DNA of 64,000 bases from Thermoanaerobaculia bacterium (GTDB lineage Bacteria > Acidobacteriota > Thermoanaerobaculia > Multivoradales > Multivoraceae). Made by a program: the position numbers and the translations under genes. The number at the start of each line of letters is the position of its first letter. The stretch's first letter is position 1. Below are positions 41,810 to 54,134 of this stretch, piece by piece. The stretch is from positions 1,568,001-1,632,000 of the forward strand of contig OY762911.1 of assembly GCA_963666565.1 (NCBI GenBank), read 5' to 3'. The notes under the pieces are model-generated. The model did not search any database and had not been told where the DNA came from. It saw only the letters and a list, made by a program, of their open reading frames with translations.

Positions 41810-43918
41810 GTGGCCAGTCGGGACAAGAAAGCGAGACGAAGCAGGCCGATCCTACGAGCGATCTGGCTGTCGGTGGCGACGCTCGCGCTGACGCTCGCCA
41901 TCGTCACGGTGTCGCTCGAAGCGCCCGTGGCCCTGGATCTGCTCGCGTGGACCGTCATCACCGTGGTCGGCGGCGCCGTGCTGTGGCTGCTGCTCCTGTG
42001 GCTGCAGCGCCGCCTGCTGTGGCGACTCGGCCGGCGCCTGGCGTTCAGCTACATGCTGCTGGGCCTGCTGCCGCTCCTGCTCAGCCTGGTGCTGGTCGTC
42101 GTTGCCGCCTACCTGCTGTCCGGTTTCTTCCTCGGCCACCTCTACCGCGACGCGGCGATCGGTCTCCACGAGGAGATCGACGCGTCCTCGGAGTTCTTCA
42201 TCGAGCCGCTGGAGATGGAGGCGATCTTCGATCCCTCGATGCTGCCGGCCTCGTCGGTCCGCGGCACGGCGCTCGCCTACTACAGGAACGGCAGCCGCGT
42301 GGCGGGCGATGCGAGGGCGCCGGAGGACTTCCCGGTCTGGCTGGTCCAGGAGGACGCCTCGGACCTGCGCCGCGACAGCATCCTGCCTCCCCTCGTCGCG
42401 CTGCCCGACGGCTCGGCCACCCTGGCGTCCGCGTCGGCAAGGGGAACGTCCGGCGTCGTCGCCTTCTTCGATCCCGAGGCCGGAGACTCCCTGGAGCGGC
42501 GGCTGAGTTCGCAGAGCGGCGTCTGGATCCGGCTCGGGCGGCCGGGCGAGGAGGAAGGCACGGACACCGCCGTCCTGCTGTTCGGCGCGACCGAGTTCGT
42601 GCTGCAGCCGCTGGCGCGGAACCGGGGCGGCGCCGACCGCGAGGCCTTCTTCGAGTCCCAGAACGCGAGTTCGCCGATCAGCATCGTGGGGGTCGAGATC
42701 GCGGGTCCGCTCCGCTCCTTCGCGGACGGCTCGCCGGCGTCGTCGCCGGTTTCCGTGTCGCTGGCGGCGACTCGCCAGATCGTCTTCCGTCATCTCTTCT
42801 CGGCGTCGGCCCAGGTGGACACGGCGGGCTGGATCGCCTTCTTCATCCCGGCTTTCCTGCTCTTCGACGTGTTCATCGGCGCGACCGTCATGGCGATGTT
42901 CATGATCCTGGGGCTCAGCCGGGCGGTGAACCGCCTGAGCACGGCGACCGACGCGGTTCAGTCGGGAGACTTCTCGGCCCGCATCCCGGTGCGTCGCAAG
43001 GACCAGATCGGCGCTCTCCAGCGGTCGTTCAACGAGATGGCGGGAGGCCTCGAGCGCCTGATCGCCGAGCGCACGGCCCGGCGAGCCCTGGAGCGGGAGC
43101 TGGAGTTCGCCCGCGAGGTTCAGGAGAACCTGATTCCGGGCCAGGGACTGGTCGTCGAAGGGGTCGAGTTCGCCACCTTCTTCGAGCCGTCGGCGGCGAT
43201 CGGCGGCGACTACTTCGACATCCTCAAGCTCCCCGGCGAGTGGGAGGGCGACCGGGAACGGCTCGGCGTGGTCATCGCGGACGTGGCCGGGCACGGCCTC
43301 TCGGCCGGCCTCCGCATGGCGATGCTGAAGGCCGGGCTGCTGACCCTGGTGGAGGAGGGCAAGCCGGCGCGGCAACTGCTTCCCGCTCTGGACGGACTGG
43401 TGCGCAAGGCGAGCAGCCGCAGCAAGGAACGTGCTTCCGCGGCGCCCGGTGACCGCGATCGTGTGTTCGTCACGGCGAGTCTCTCCCTGATCGACGTATC
43501 GACCGGCACCGTGGAGATGACGAACGCCGGCCATCCGCCGGCCTACCTGCTGCGAGACGGCGAGATCGAGGAGATTCTGCTTGCCGGCTCGCCGCTCGGC
43601 GCGTTCGGCGAGGACTACGGCTTCCGGCGGTTCGAGCTGGCGCCGGGCGACGTCATGGTCTGGCTCTCGGACGGGTTCATCGAGGCCGCGGACGCGGATG
43701 GCGAGGTGTTCGGCTACGAGCGCACGATCGACTCGCTCAAGGGTTCGGCGGACAGCGCCGTGGAAGTGCGCGACCGGATCCTGGAGGACATCCGCCGCTA
43801 CACCGAGGGCGTCGGCGCCGACGACGACCTCACCCTGGTCGTGATGCGCTACCAGCCGGAGGCGGCGACCTCGGAAGTGTCCGCCGACCAGGAACTGCTG
43901 CGGGCGGCCGGCGGCTGA
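41810..43918 (+). CDS. Membrane HAMP + SpoIIE/PP2C phosphatase
   Basis: TMs, HAMP (DQIGALQRSFNEM), GGDYFD, ADVAGHG, NAGHPP, SDG, DDLTL. Confidence 0.9.
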   Translation: MASRDKKARRSRPILRAIWLSVATLALTLAIVTVSLEAPVALDLLAWTVITVVGGAVLWLLLLWLQRRLLWRLGRRLAFSYMLLGLLPLLLSLVLVVVAAYLLSGFFLGHLYRDAAIGLHEEIDASSEFFIEPLEMEAIFDPSMLPASSVRGTALAYYRNGSRVAGDARAPEDFPVWLVQEDASDLRRDSILPPLVALPDGSATLASASARGTSGVVAFFDPEAGDSLERRLSSQSGVWIRLGRPGEEEGTDTAVLLFGATEFVLQPLARNRGGADREAFFESQNASSPISIVGVEIAGPLRSFADGSPASSPVSVSLAATRQIVFRHLFSASAQVDTAGWIAFFIPAFLLFDVFIGATVMAMFMILGLSRAVNRLSTATDAVQSGDFSARIPVRRKDQIGALQRSFNEMAGGLERLIAERTARRALERELEFAREVQENLIPGQGLVVEGVEFATFFEPSAAIGGDYFDILKLPGEWEGDRERLGVVIADVAGHGLSAGLRMAMLKAGLLTLVEEGKPARQLLPALDGLVRKASSRSKERASAAPGDRDRVFVTASLSLIDVSTGTVEMTNAGHPPAYLLRDGEIEEILLAGSPLGAFGEDYGFRRFELAPGDVMVWLSDGFIEAADADGEVFGYERTIDSLKGSADSAVEVRDRILEDIRRYTEGVGADDDLTLVVMRYQPEAATSEVSADQELLRAAGG

Positions 43919-43928
43919 GGAGAGGCGG

Positions 43929-44726
43929 GTGCGGGTCGGATTGCGGGCCGCCGCGACGGCCGCGGCTCTGCTGCCTGGCGCGGCGGCCGCGGCTCTGCTG
44001 TCTGGCGCGGCGGCGGCCGAGGCGAAACGGGTGCGGGTGGGATTTCGAGTCGCCGCGACGGCCATGGCTCTGCTGGCGGTTGGCGCGGGGGCGGCCGGCG
44101 CCGAGCTCGCGATCCTGACCAACGGCCATCGCTACAAGGTGGCCGCGTGGGAACTCCAGGACGGCGGCCGGGTGGCGGGGGTCGAACGGATCCGGCTGGT
44201 TCTGGAAGGCGGCGGGTCGGTGACGCTGCCGCTGATGCAGGTCGAGCGGATCGTCGACGACGAGATCGTCGAGGCGCCGCCGCCGGAACCCGCCGCGGAA
44301 CCCGTCTTCACGTTCGACTACCGGCCCGGCCAGACGGCGCCCGCCACACCCTACGGCGAGCTGTTCCTCGCTGTCGGCCGCGAGCACGAACTGAATCCCG
44401 ATCTGCTGGCGGCGATGGCCCGGGCGGAGTCCGCCTACGATCCGGCCGCCGTGTCCTCCAAGGGCGCCCGCGGCCTGCTCCAGTTGATGCCGGCCACCGC
44501 CGAACGCTTCGGCGTGTCGCCGGGCGAACTCCACGACCCGGCTCGCAACGTCCTCGCGGCGGCCCGCTACCTGACCTGGCTGCGCCGCCGCTTCGAGGAC
44601 GACCTGCCGCGGGTACTGGCCGGCTACAACGCCGGCGAAGGCGCCGTCGACGCCCACGATGGCGTGCCGCCGTATCGCGAGACCGTGAACTTCATCGGCC
44701 GGGTGTACGGCTTCCTCGGCCTGTAG
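43929..44726 (+). CDS. Lytic transglycosylase (SLT)
   Basis: AESAYD, SKGARGLLQLMP.TA, GYNAGEG, PPYRET; duplicated signal peptide, so start uncertain. Confidence 0.9.
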   Translation: MRVGLRAAATAAALLPGAAAAALLSGAAAAEAKRVRVGFRVAATAMALLAVGAGAAGAELAILTNGHRYKVAAWELQDGGRVAGVERIRLVLEGGGSVTLPLMQVERIVDDEIVEAPPPEPAAEPVFTFDYRPGQTAPATPYGELFLAVGREHELNPDLLAAMARAESAYDPAAVSSKGARGLLQLMPATAERFGVSPGELHDPARNVLAAARYLTWLRRRFEDDLPRVLAGYNAGEGAVDAHDGVPPYRETVNFIGRVYGFLGL

Positions 44727-44729
44727 CCG

Positions 44730-44790
44730 CTGGGTGCGCGGGTCTTCCGACCCGCATCGGGCGCGATGCCGCAAAGCGGCGAGCCCGAGC
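44730..44790. repeat. REP element, family B
   Basis: ctgggtgcgcgggtcttccgacccgc followed by gatgccgcaaagcggcgagccc. Confidence 0.8.
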
Positions 44791-44799
44791 TGCTCGGCG

Positions 44800-45726
44800 T
44801 CACCGAGCCCGCGGGTGATGCCGGTCGTACAGCGTCTTCAGCCTGTGCTGATGAATGTGCGTGTAGATCTGCGTCGTCGTGATGTTCGCGTGCCCCAGCA
44901 TCACCTGGACCGCCCGCAGGTCGGCGCCGTGCTCCAGCAAATGCGTCGCGAAGCTGTGCCGCAGCACATGCGGCGACAGGTCCGGTATGCCGGCGCCGAG
45001 TCCGTAGTTCCTGAGCAGCTTCCAGAACCCCTGCCGCGTCAGCCCGCCGCCGCGGTAGTTGACGAACACGACGTCGTGTCTCCCCTTCGCCATCGCCGGC
45101 CGCACCTCGCGCAGGTAGCGGTTGAGCCAGTTCTCGGCCGATTCGCCGACCGGCACCACCCGCTCCTTGGCGCCCTTGCCGAAGGCGACGAGGTAGCCGG
45201 CGTCGAGCTGGAGCTGAGTGCGTTCGAGGCCGACCATCTCGCTGACGCGAAGCCCCGTGGCGTAGAGCAACTCGATCATCGACCGGTCGCGGATCCCGGC
45301 CGGCCGGCTCGTGTCCGGGGCGTCGAGCAACGCCTCGACCTGCGCCTCCCGCAGCACCTTGGGTAGCCGGCGCGGCAGCCGCGGCGGGTAGAGGTTGACC
45401 GCCGGGTTGTCGCCCCGGTCGCCCTCGTTCACCAGGAAGGCGTAGAACCGGCGCATCGACACCAGCGCGCGGCTGACCGATCGCGGCGACAGCCCGTCCC
45501 GGCGCAGGCGCCGCAGGTGCTGGCCGAGCTGTTCGACGGACGCGGTCAACAGGTCGCCGCCGGCGTCCTCCAGGTTGCCCGCCAGCCGGACGAGGTCGCG
45601 CCGGTAGGCGTCGACGGTGTGCTGCGAGAGGCCGCGCTCCACCAGCAGCCCGTCGAGATAGCGGTCCAGCGTCCGCTCGCTCTCGGACACCGTCGCGGGC
45701 CGGTTCAGCGTCTTCGTAGCGGCCAT
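44800..45726 (-). CDS. xerD: Tyrosine recombinase XerD
   Basis: LYATGLRVSE, GKGAKER.VP, TRQGFW, HVLRHSFATHLL..GADLR.VQ.MLGH, TTQIYT. Confidence 0.93.
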   Translation of the reverse strand: MAATKTLNRPATVSESERTLDRYLDGLLVERGLSQHTVDAYRRDLVRLAGNLEDAGGDLLTASVEQLGQHLRRLRRDGLSPRSVSRALVSMRRFYAFLVNEGDRGDNPAVNLYPPRLPRRLPKVLREAQVEALLDAPDTSRPAGIRDRSMIELLYATGLRVSEMVGLERTQLQLDAGYLVAFGKGAKERVVPVGESAENWLNRYLREVRPAMAKGRHDVVFVNYRGGGLTRQGFWKLLRNYGLGAGIPDLSPHVLRHSFATHLLEHGADLRAVQVMLGHANITTTQIYTHIHQHRLKTLYDRHHPRAR

Positions 45727-45760
45727 TCGTATAGCCAACAATCTATCAGTCGGCCAGCCG

Positions 45761-45950
45761 CTGGGTGCGCGGGTCTTCCAACCCGCCTTGGGTGCGCGGG
45801 TCTTCTGACCCGCATCAAGCGCAACGCCGCGAAGCGGCGAGCCCGAGCCGCGTTCCGCACCGGATGCCCGGTCATCGCGTCGTCGCACACCGGGTGCGCG
45901 GGTCTTCCGACCCGCATCGAGCGCGATGCCGCGAAGCGGCGAGCCGGAAC
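45761..45950. repeat. Cluster of three family B REPs
   Basis: gggtgcgcgggtcttcc(a/g)acccgc-type copies at ~45763, 45790 and 45892. Confidence 0.85.
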
Positions 45951-45972
45951 ACGCCGCGCTACGATTCATCCC

Positions 45973-47640
45973 ATGACGAAACGAACCTTGGCACTCCCGC
46001 TCTCGCTCTCGCTTCTCATCCCCTGCCTCGTCGCCTGCGGCGAGCCAACGCCGGACACCGCGACCCAGCTCGCCACCTGGATCGCCGACCTCTCCGACGA
46101 CGCCATGGAAGGCCGCGGCCCGGGCACCCCAGGCGACGTCATGGCGCGTCAGTACATGATCGACGTGATGGCCGGGATGGGCCTCGAACCCGCCGCGGCC
46201 GACGGCGGCTGGGAGCAGCGGTTCGACATCGTCGGCATCGACGCGACCGTTCCCGAGACCTGGACGTTCCACTCCAGCGGCGGCGACAGCGCCGACTTCG
46301 CCTTCTGGGACGAGTTTATCGCGCACAGCGGCGTGCAGTCGGAACAGGCGGCGATCGAGAACGCCGAGGTCGTGTTTGTCGGCTACGGCATCCAGGCGCC
46401 CGAGTACGAGTGGGACGACTACGGCGACGCCGACCTCGCCGGCAAGGTGCTCGTCATGCTGAACAACGACCCGGACTGGGACCCGGACCTGTTCGAGGGC
46501 GACCGCCGGCTCTACTACGGCCGCTGGACCTACAAGTACGAGAGCGCCGCGGCCCAGGGCGCGGCCGGAGCGATCGTCATCCACACGACTCCGTCGGCCG
46601 GCTATCCGTTCCAGGTCGTGCAGACCTCCTGGACCGGACCGCAGTTCGAACTCCCCGACGAGGGCGAGCCGCGCACGCAGATCAACGCCTGGCTAACGGA
46701 AGATGCGTCGCGCCGCCTGTTCGACCTGGCCGGCGTCGACTACGACGAGACCCTGGAGTCCGCCCGCAGCGCCGACTTCACCCCGGTGCCGCTCGGCCTG
46801 ACGACGAGCCTCGCGCTCACCAACACGGTGACCAGCGAGCAGACGGCCAACGTGCTCGGCGCGTTGCCGGGCAGCGACCCGGACCTGGCGGACGAGTGGA
46901 TCGTCTTCACGGCCCACCACGACCATCTCGGCGTCTCGCCGGACGAGAGCCCGGAAGACCGCATCTACAACGGCGCCCTCGACAACGCGGCCGGGGTCGC
47001 CCAGGTGCTGGCGGTCGCCAGCAAGCTGGCGGCGCAGAGAACGGCGCCGAGCCGTTCCATGCTCTTCGCCCTCGTCGGCGCCGAGGAACAGGGCCTGCTT
47101 GGCTCCGAGTACTACGCCGCCCACCCCACCGTGCCGCCCGGCAAGATGGCCGCGAACATCAACTACGACGGCGGCAACCAGTGGGGCCGCACCCGCGACG
47201 TGACCTACATCGGCTACGGCAAGTCGAGCCTCGACGCCGTCGTCGAGGCCGCGGCCGCCGAGCAGGGCCGCACCGTCCTGCCCGACCAGTTCCCAGACCG
47301 CGGCTTCTTCTACCGCTCCGACCAGTTGAACTTCGCCCGCATCGGCGTGCCGGCCATCTACCTCGACAACGGCACCGACTTCATCGACCGGCCGCCGGGC
47401 TGGGGCAGGGAGCAGTTGGACGCCTGGACGGCGAACGTCTACCACCAGGCGTCCGACGAGTACCAGCCGCTTACCGAAGACGGCGAGGGCTGGAACCTGG
47501 AAGGCATGGTCGAAGACGTCGAACTCGGCCTGGCCTGCGCCCGCGACATCTCCGAGAACCCCGAACTCCCGACCTGGAACCCCGGCGACGAGTTCGAAGC
47601 CGCGAGGCTCGCGGCACTTGCCGCCGTGGCCGGCGAGTAG
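45973..47640 (+). CDS. M28 family aminopeptidase lipoprotein with PA domain
   Basis: LVAC lipobox, EGRGPG, TAHHDHLG, GALDNAAG, AEEQGLLGS, RSDQ, YHQ. Confidence 0.92.
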   Translation: MTKRTLALPLSLSLLIPCLVACGEPTPDTATQLATWIADLSDDAMEGRGPGTPGDVMARQYMIDVMAGMGLEPAAADGGWEQRFDIVGIDATVPETWTFHSSGGDSADFAFWDEFIAHSGVQSEQAAIENAEVVFVGYGIQAPEYEWDDYGDADLAGKVLVMLNNDPDWDPDLFEGDRRLYYGRWTYKYESAAAQGAAGAIVIHTTPSAGYPFQVVQTSWTGPQFELPDEGEPRTQINAWLTEDASRRLFDLAGVDYDETLESARSADFTPVPLGLTTSLALTNTVTSEQTANVLGALPGSDPDLADEWIVFTAHHDHLGVSPDESPEDRIYNGALDNAAGVAQVLAVASKLAAQRTAPSRSMLFALVGAEEQGLLGSEYYAAHPTVPPGKMAANINYDGGNQWGRTRDVTYIGYGKSSLDAVVEAAAAEQGRTVLPDQFPDRGFFYRSDQLNFARIGVPAIYLDNGTDFIDRPPGWGREQLDAWTANVYHQASDEYQPLTEDGEGWNLEGMVEDVELGLACARDISENPELPTWNPGDEFEAARLAALAAVAGE

Positions 47641-47668
47641 GGATTCCCGCGCCGATGATGTCGCTGCC

Positions 47669-47720
47669 CCGGGTGCGCGGGTCTTCCGACCCGCTGCCGC
47701 CGGAGGCGGCCAGGAGGCGC
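47669..47720. repeat. REP element, family B
   Basis: ccgggtgcgcgggtcttccgacccgc-tgccgccggaggcggcc. Confidence 0.75.
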
Positions 47721-47779
47721 CGCCGCGAAGCGGCGACCTCGCTGGCGCCCGTAGAGCTTGACGACCAAGGGAGAAACGA

Positions 47780-48019
47780 ATGACCGAAGCCCGAATCGCG
47801 GACCGCGTTCCCGCCAAGATCGAACTCGAAGCCGGCACCTACTGGTGGTGCCGCTGCGGCGAGTCCAAGAACCAGCCCTTCTGCGACGGTTCCCACCGCG
47901 GCACCGACTTCGAGCCGATGCGCTTCACGCTGGAGGAGGATCGCCGCGTCGCGCTCTGCCAGTGCAAGCGCAGCGACAAGATGCCGCACTGCGACGGCAG
48001 CCACCGCTTCCTCGACTGA
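47780..48019 (+). CDS. CDGSH iron-sulfur protein (two motifs)
   Basis: CRCGESKNQPFCDGSH and CQCKRSDKMPHCDGSH. Confidence 0.95.
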   Translation: MTEARIADRVPAKIELEAGTYWWCRCGESKNQPFCDGSHRGTDFEPMRFTLEEDRRVALCQCKRSDKMPHCDGSHRFLD

Positions 48020-48066
48020 ACCAGCGAGGATTCGGCCGAACCCCGACCTGCCAACGTCGATGCAAC

Positions 48067-49095
48067 TCACTCAAGCACGTACTTGAGCCGCCTGACGAAG
48101 TACTTGGTGTCAGATCGGTAGCTGGGGTATGCTCTCCGGACTGCCTTGATCGTGTCCGCGGAAACAAGAACGGCGTCAGCGCCTTCGATGTCGTTGACCC
48201 TCTTTTCAGCATCCAGGTAGTCCTTGAAGATGCGATGTTGATCGCCTTGGCGGTAAGCTCTGATATGGAACTTGCCTTGATCGGGGCGACGTTCGAGCAG
48301 GAAGAACGGCCGACCCCTGGCGGTTCCAAGGTCATCGATGCTGTCGATAAGCAGGGGGTACTCTTGGAGGCGTGCGACGGCGTCGAGTCGTTTCGAGCGC
48401 TCCCGGATTTTTTCCCAAAGAAGGTTGCGGTCCGGCGGTGTGCCTGGAACAGCGGGGCGGTTCTCCTGTAACGCAAAGGCGGAAGCAACCAGCGTGAAGA
48501 ACTTCAGCCACTCTTCCTCGCCCTCACTCGATTTCAGCGACTGCTGGAGAAACGCGCCTGCCGTTTCTACGGCGGTGGCCCAAGCGTGCTGAAGACGAGT
48601 TCGAAGTTGCACTTCTATGAGATGGCCGTTGTACGTCGTGGTCCTTTCGCTGTGGTAGCGGTAGACCAAGTGAAGACTCCTGTAGCCGGAGGTCTTGGGT
48701 GATTCGATGTAGTTCTTCTCGTTTACGAGACGGTGTCTTGTACGCGGTGTGCGATAGGCGTCGCGAAGTGCCAAGACGTCGTCGATTGAGTTGACCACAG
48801 CGCGGCAACCCCCTATGTCCTGCATTTGGGACAGCTTCATGGTGGGGAAGCGGACGAGTTTCTGGATTGCTGAAGGCAGCCGCTTGAGGCGTTGGGAGAT
48901 TACAGGGTTGGTGCAGATCCGGGCTTTGGCTCGCAAGCCGTTCTGGAACGTATTCAGCGGGAAGGCATGCGAGGAGCGCCAGTTGGCGAAGACCCTGAGA
49001 TCTTCCTCGGGCAAGCTACCGTTAGTTGCTTGGGCCAGAGCGCGCCCGGCTCGGTCGACTTGGCTCTTGGAGTGGTCGGGGATGATCCAGGTCAT
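48067..49095 (-). CDS. Fused CapRel-like toxic small alarmone synthetase (RelA/SpoT domain)
   Basis: RLKR..S..K, QDIGGCR, SGYRSLH, EVQLRT..QHAWATAVE; C-terminal AVLV...IK..RRAYPSY matching the CapRel antitoxin YxxY region. Confidence 0.8.
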   Translation of the reverse strand: MTWIIPDHSKSQVDRAGRALAQATNGSLPEEDLRVFANWRSSHAFPLNTFQNGLRAKARICTNPVISQRLKRLPSAIQKLVRFPTMKLSQMQDIGGCRAVVNSIDDVLALRDAYRTPRTRHRLVNEKNYIESPKTSGYRSLHLVYRYHSERTTTYNGHLIEVQLRTRLQHAWATAVETAGAFLQQSLKSSEGEEEWLKFFTLVASAFALQENRPAVPGTPPDRNLLWEKIRERSKRLDAVARLQEYPLLIDSIDDLGTARGRPFFLLERRPDQGKFHIRAYRQGDQHRIFKDYLDAEKRVNDIEGADAVLVSADTIKAVRRAYPSYRSDTKYFVRRLKYVLE

Positions 49096-49190
49096 CTGTC
49101 GATAGCTTCTCGGTGACTCAAGTGCGGGGGCCTTGGGAGGCGGAGGACGGTCTAAGGCCGAACAAGCCTCCGTTTCGGCGCGGGCGGCTT

Positions 49191-49706
49191 CTAGTCTGCT
49201 TCCCGTGTCGGTTGGATTATCTCGGAAAGCATCCACTCCGGGAGCTCCTCGATCTTCCGCATCGTGGCGGGCTTCTTCGTCAGCTTGAAGGTGACGCTCT
49301 GGCCCTCGGCTATGCGGACTAGGGTTCCGGCTGAGCCTTCGGACACCGCTCCCTTGCGCCACGCATCGAAGAGGATGGAATCTGGCCGAATCCCGAGGCA
49401 GAAGAGGTAGTCGTAGGTCCGGTCGAGCCGCACGTGGTTGAACTGAAAGGCGCCTCCCTTGTCTTCCGAGGCCGTCTTGACCTCGAAGAGCTTGCCGCCG
49501 ATCTCCAAATCGGCCGCTGAGATCCGGGAACCCACGCGGTTCGCCACGATTCCGTGGCGCTGCAGGTAGCGCTGGACGAAATCCTCGCCGATGTCGCCCC
49601 GGTTGGTGTTGGCTACGCGGCGGAAGGGCTCGAGCGGCGCGTCGGTCCAGATCGTCTCGGGCGTGTGCTCCTGGATGACGAGGAGCATCAACTCGACCGG
49701 ATTCAC
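49191..49706 (-). CDS. Putative PD-(D/E)xK restriction endonuclease
   Basis: RGDIGE, ADLEIGGKLFEVKTAS, FQFNHVR..YD; GTGA-coupled to the MTase. Confidence 0.75.
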   Translation of the reverse strand: MNPVELMLLVIQEHTPETIWTDAPLEPFRRVANTNRGDIGEDFVQRYLQRHGIVANRVGSRISAADLEIGGKLFEVKTASEDKGGAFQFNHVRLDRTYDYLFCLGIRPDSILFDAWRKGAVSEGSAGTLVRIAEGQSVTFKLTKKPATMRKIEELPEWMLSEIIQPTREAD

Positions 49707-50509
49707 TCGGGCGCCGTCCACAAGGCGCCGGGCCAGTCGCGTTTCCAGAAGACGAGGAAGTAGGAGTGGTTCTTGCGGGCGTGAACCTGTCTGACCGCTC
49801 GGCTGACGCCGGGACGGTTGGTTCTCACCACGACGAAGAGGTCCTCGGCGACGAAGCCGAGTTCCTCGTAGGCCTGGATGATCTCGACATGGGTGAAGCG
49901 CTGCCTGTTGGAACAGACTTCGTCCTGGCACTTGACGATCATCACGCCGCGAGGACGGAGGACGCGGTAGGCCTCCTTGCCGCCGTCCTCGTACAGGGCC
50001 AGGACGGCCTCGTGGTACTTGGCCTTCGTGCGGTTGCCCGTGTCGTTGTTCCGGTAGTAGCGCTCGAAGGGCTGGTGGGTCGAATGCGCGGTCCCGCCCG
50101 GGGTGTGCATGTAGGGCGGATCGAAGACGACGCAGTCGACCGCGGCGTCCTCGTAGGGCAGATCCCGGCAGTCGACGCCCGTCTGGAGGTCCGTGGCCAG
50201 CAGATCGTAGAGGCCCGCAGGGACGTTCCGCCAGAACACGCCCTTGCCGTAGGTGACGTCGGCGACCGTGCTCCCCGGCGCCAGGTAGAGGTCCAGAATC
50301 TGGGGGAGCACCGTCTCGTTGCCGCCAACGGAGGCGCTCAGCACCAGGTCGTTCGTGGCGATGCCGTTTCGTACTACGCGCCTCTGCCGGGCGCCTGAGG
50401 GACTTCCGCCTGCGATGGAGGACGAACCCGGCGACGACGGCTCGTTCGGAGGATCCAGGACCAACTGTCGCCGTTTCCGGTCGGCGGGGCGCGCTGAAGT
50501 CCGGGGCAT
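49703..50509 (-). CDS. DNA amino-methyltransferase (N6-A/N4-C)
   Basis: SAM motif VADVTYGKGVFW, catalytic FDPPY, EAYRVLRPRG, KCQD. Confidence 0.88.
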   Translation of the reverse strand: MPRTSARPADRKRRQLVLDPPNEPSSPGSSSIAGGSPSGARQRRVVRNGIATNDLVLSASVGGNETVLPQILDLYLAPGSTVADVTYGKGVFWRNVPAGLYDLLATDLQTGVDCRDLPYEDAAVDCVVFDPPYMHTPGGTAHSTHQPFERYYRNNDTGNRTKAKYHEAVLALYEDGGKEAYRVLRPRGVMIVKCQDEVCSNRQRFTHVEIIQAYEELGFVAEDLFVVVRTNRPGVSRAVRQVHARKNHSYFLVFWKRDWPGALWTAPE

Positions 50510-50518
50510 GAGCCGATG

Positions 50519-51775
50519 CTATCCCGCCACTATCTCCGCATCGTGGCCGCACCAGACGAGGCCGGACACCAGCTTCGGCAGGAAGCGGGTCGACTTCGGC
50601 GGCAGCAGGTCGCCGTCTTCGGTGGCCAGGGCGAACTGCTTCGGGGTCATCGGCGGCAGGAAGATGCCGGCGGCGATTTCGGCGCGGTCGAGCAGGGCGA
50701 CGATCTGGTCCGGGTCGGCTTCGTAGGCGATGCTGCCGTCGGTGGCGGACTCGATGGGTACGCCGGTGGTCTTCAGCAGGTGATGGTGGAGAAGTACCGC
50801 GGGCAAGTTCGCCTTGCGGCCCGGAGTTTCGGCCGGGGCGGCGTCCGGGTCGAGGGTCCAGAGTTCGGGGGCATCGTCGCCCTGGAACCAGACGGCGAGC
50901 GCCGGTTGCGGTGCGGCCGCGACGCGGGCGGCGATCGCCGGCCCCGCGGTTTCCTCGAGCGGCTCTCTCTCGACAGGCAGCGCGGCCATGGCCGCGCGGT
51001 CCACCGGCGCGCGGACGCCGCGGTGGACCGGGTCGATCCGCAGGTTCGCCGACGCCAGGCTCGTCAGCACGACCATCTTGCAGGCCGCGGCCGTGCCGCT
51101 CGCCGCGCCCGCCTCGGCGGCGTAGGTCTGCGCCACCTGGGTGCGGTGGTGACCGTCGGCGATGGCGGCGCGGCCGTCCTTGAGCGCGGCGGCGTAGGCG
51201 GCGATTCGCCCGGCATCCGTGATCCGGTAGAGCGCATGAACGTCGCCGGTCCAGGGGTCGGTGTGCCGGACCAGCGCGTCCCCGGCGCCGCCGGAGCAGT
51301 CCTCGGCGAGCATCCGTTCCAGCGTGCCGTCGTCCTCCGCCAGATAGAACACCGGCTCGATGTCGATCCGGCTCAGCCGCAGCAGGTCCAGCCGCTCGGC
51401 GATCGACTTCGCGACGGTCTGCTCGTGCGGCCACAGGTCGCCTTCGCGTCCCGGCTCGACGCCGACCAGGGCGCAGAGGCCGAGGCGGCTCGAGCCGTCG
51501 GGCTCGACGATCGCGTACGGATAGACGGACGGCGTCTCGTCCCGGACGACGATGCCCCGCTCGCGCCACTCGCGGTGCAGCGCCACCGACTGTCCATGCG
51601 GCGCCCGGCCGCCGTCGCCGACCGGCTTCGTGACGCGGGCGAACTGATGCGGCGACTGCTCGTGCAGCTTGTCGCGCAGGGCCTCGTCGATCTGGTCGAA
51701 CGGCGGCGCCGCCTGCGCGGCGGCGTTCACCTTGGCGGCGTTGTAACGGTAGCCCTGGAAGGCGAATAGCTTCAT
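50519..51775 (-). CDS. DUF1015 family protein
   Basis: FQGYRY, PPFD, PHEQT, IADGHHR, PPKSTRFLPKLVSG. Confidence 0.9.
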   Translation of the reverse strand: MKLFAFQGYRYNAAKVNAAAQAAPPFDQIDEALRDKLHEQSPHQFARVTKPVGDGGRAPHGQSVALHREWRERGIVVRDETPSVYPYAIVEPDGSSRLGLCALVGVEPGREGDLWPHEQTVAKSIAERLDLLRLSRIDIEPVFYLAEDDGTLERMLAEDCSGGAGDALVRHTDPWTGDVHALYRITDAGRIAAYAAALKDGRAAIADGHHRTQVAQTYAAEAGAASGTAAACKMVVLTSLASANLRIDPVHRGVRAPVDRAAMAALPVEREPLEETAGPAIAARVAAAPQPALAVWFQGDDAPELWTLDPDAAPAETPGRKANLPAVLLHHHLLKTTGVPIESATDGSIAYEADPDQIVALLDRAEIAAGIFLPPMTPKQFALATEDGDLLPPKSTRFLPKLVSGLVWCGHDAEIVAG

Positions 51776-51892
51776 GTCGGCTCCTGGTCCGAACGCTGCC
51801 GGGCCGTTCGCCGGCCAGCCGCGAGTGCGTCAGGCGCGGATGCTAGTCGGAGATCCTCAAGAACGGACGGACGGCGGCAACGCGGTCGCTCC

Positions 51893-54106
<2,214 letters not shown>

Positions 54107-54134
54107 GTCGTTCGAGTTCTCCTGCGTGGCGCGT

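Noticed and set aside
44800-45726. Phage or island integrase
   Set aside because: XerD-specific motifs (TRQGFW, GADLR.VQ), host-like GC and housekeeping context
49096-49362. N-terminal extension of the RelA/SpoT ORF
   Set aside because: Overlaps the nuclease gene; family-like sequence begins at MTWIIPDHSK (49095)
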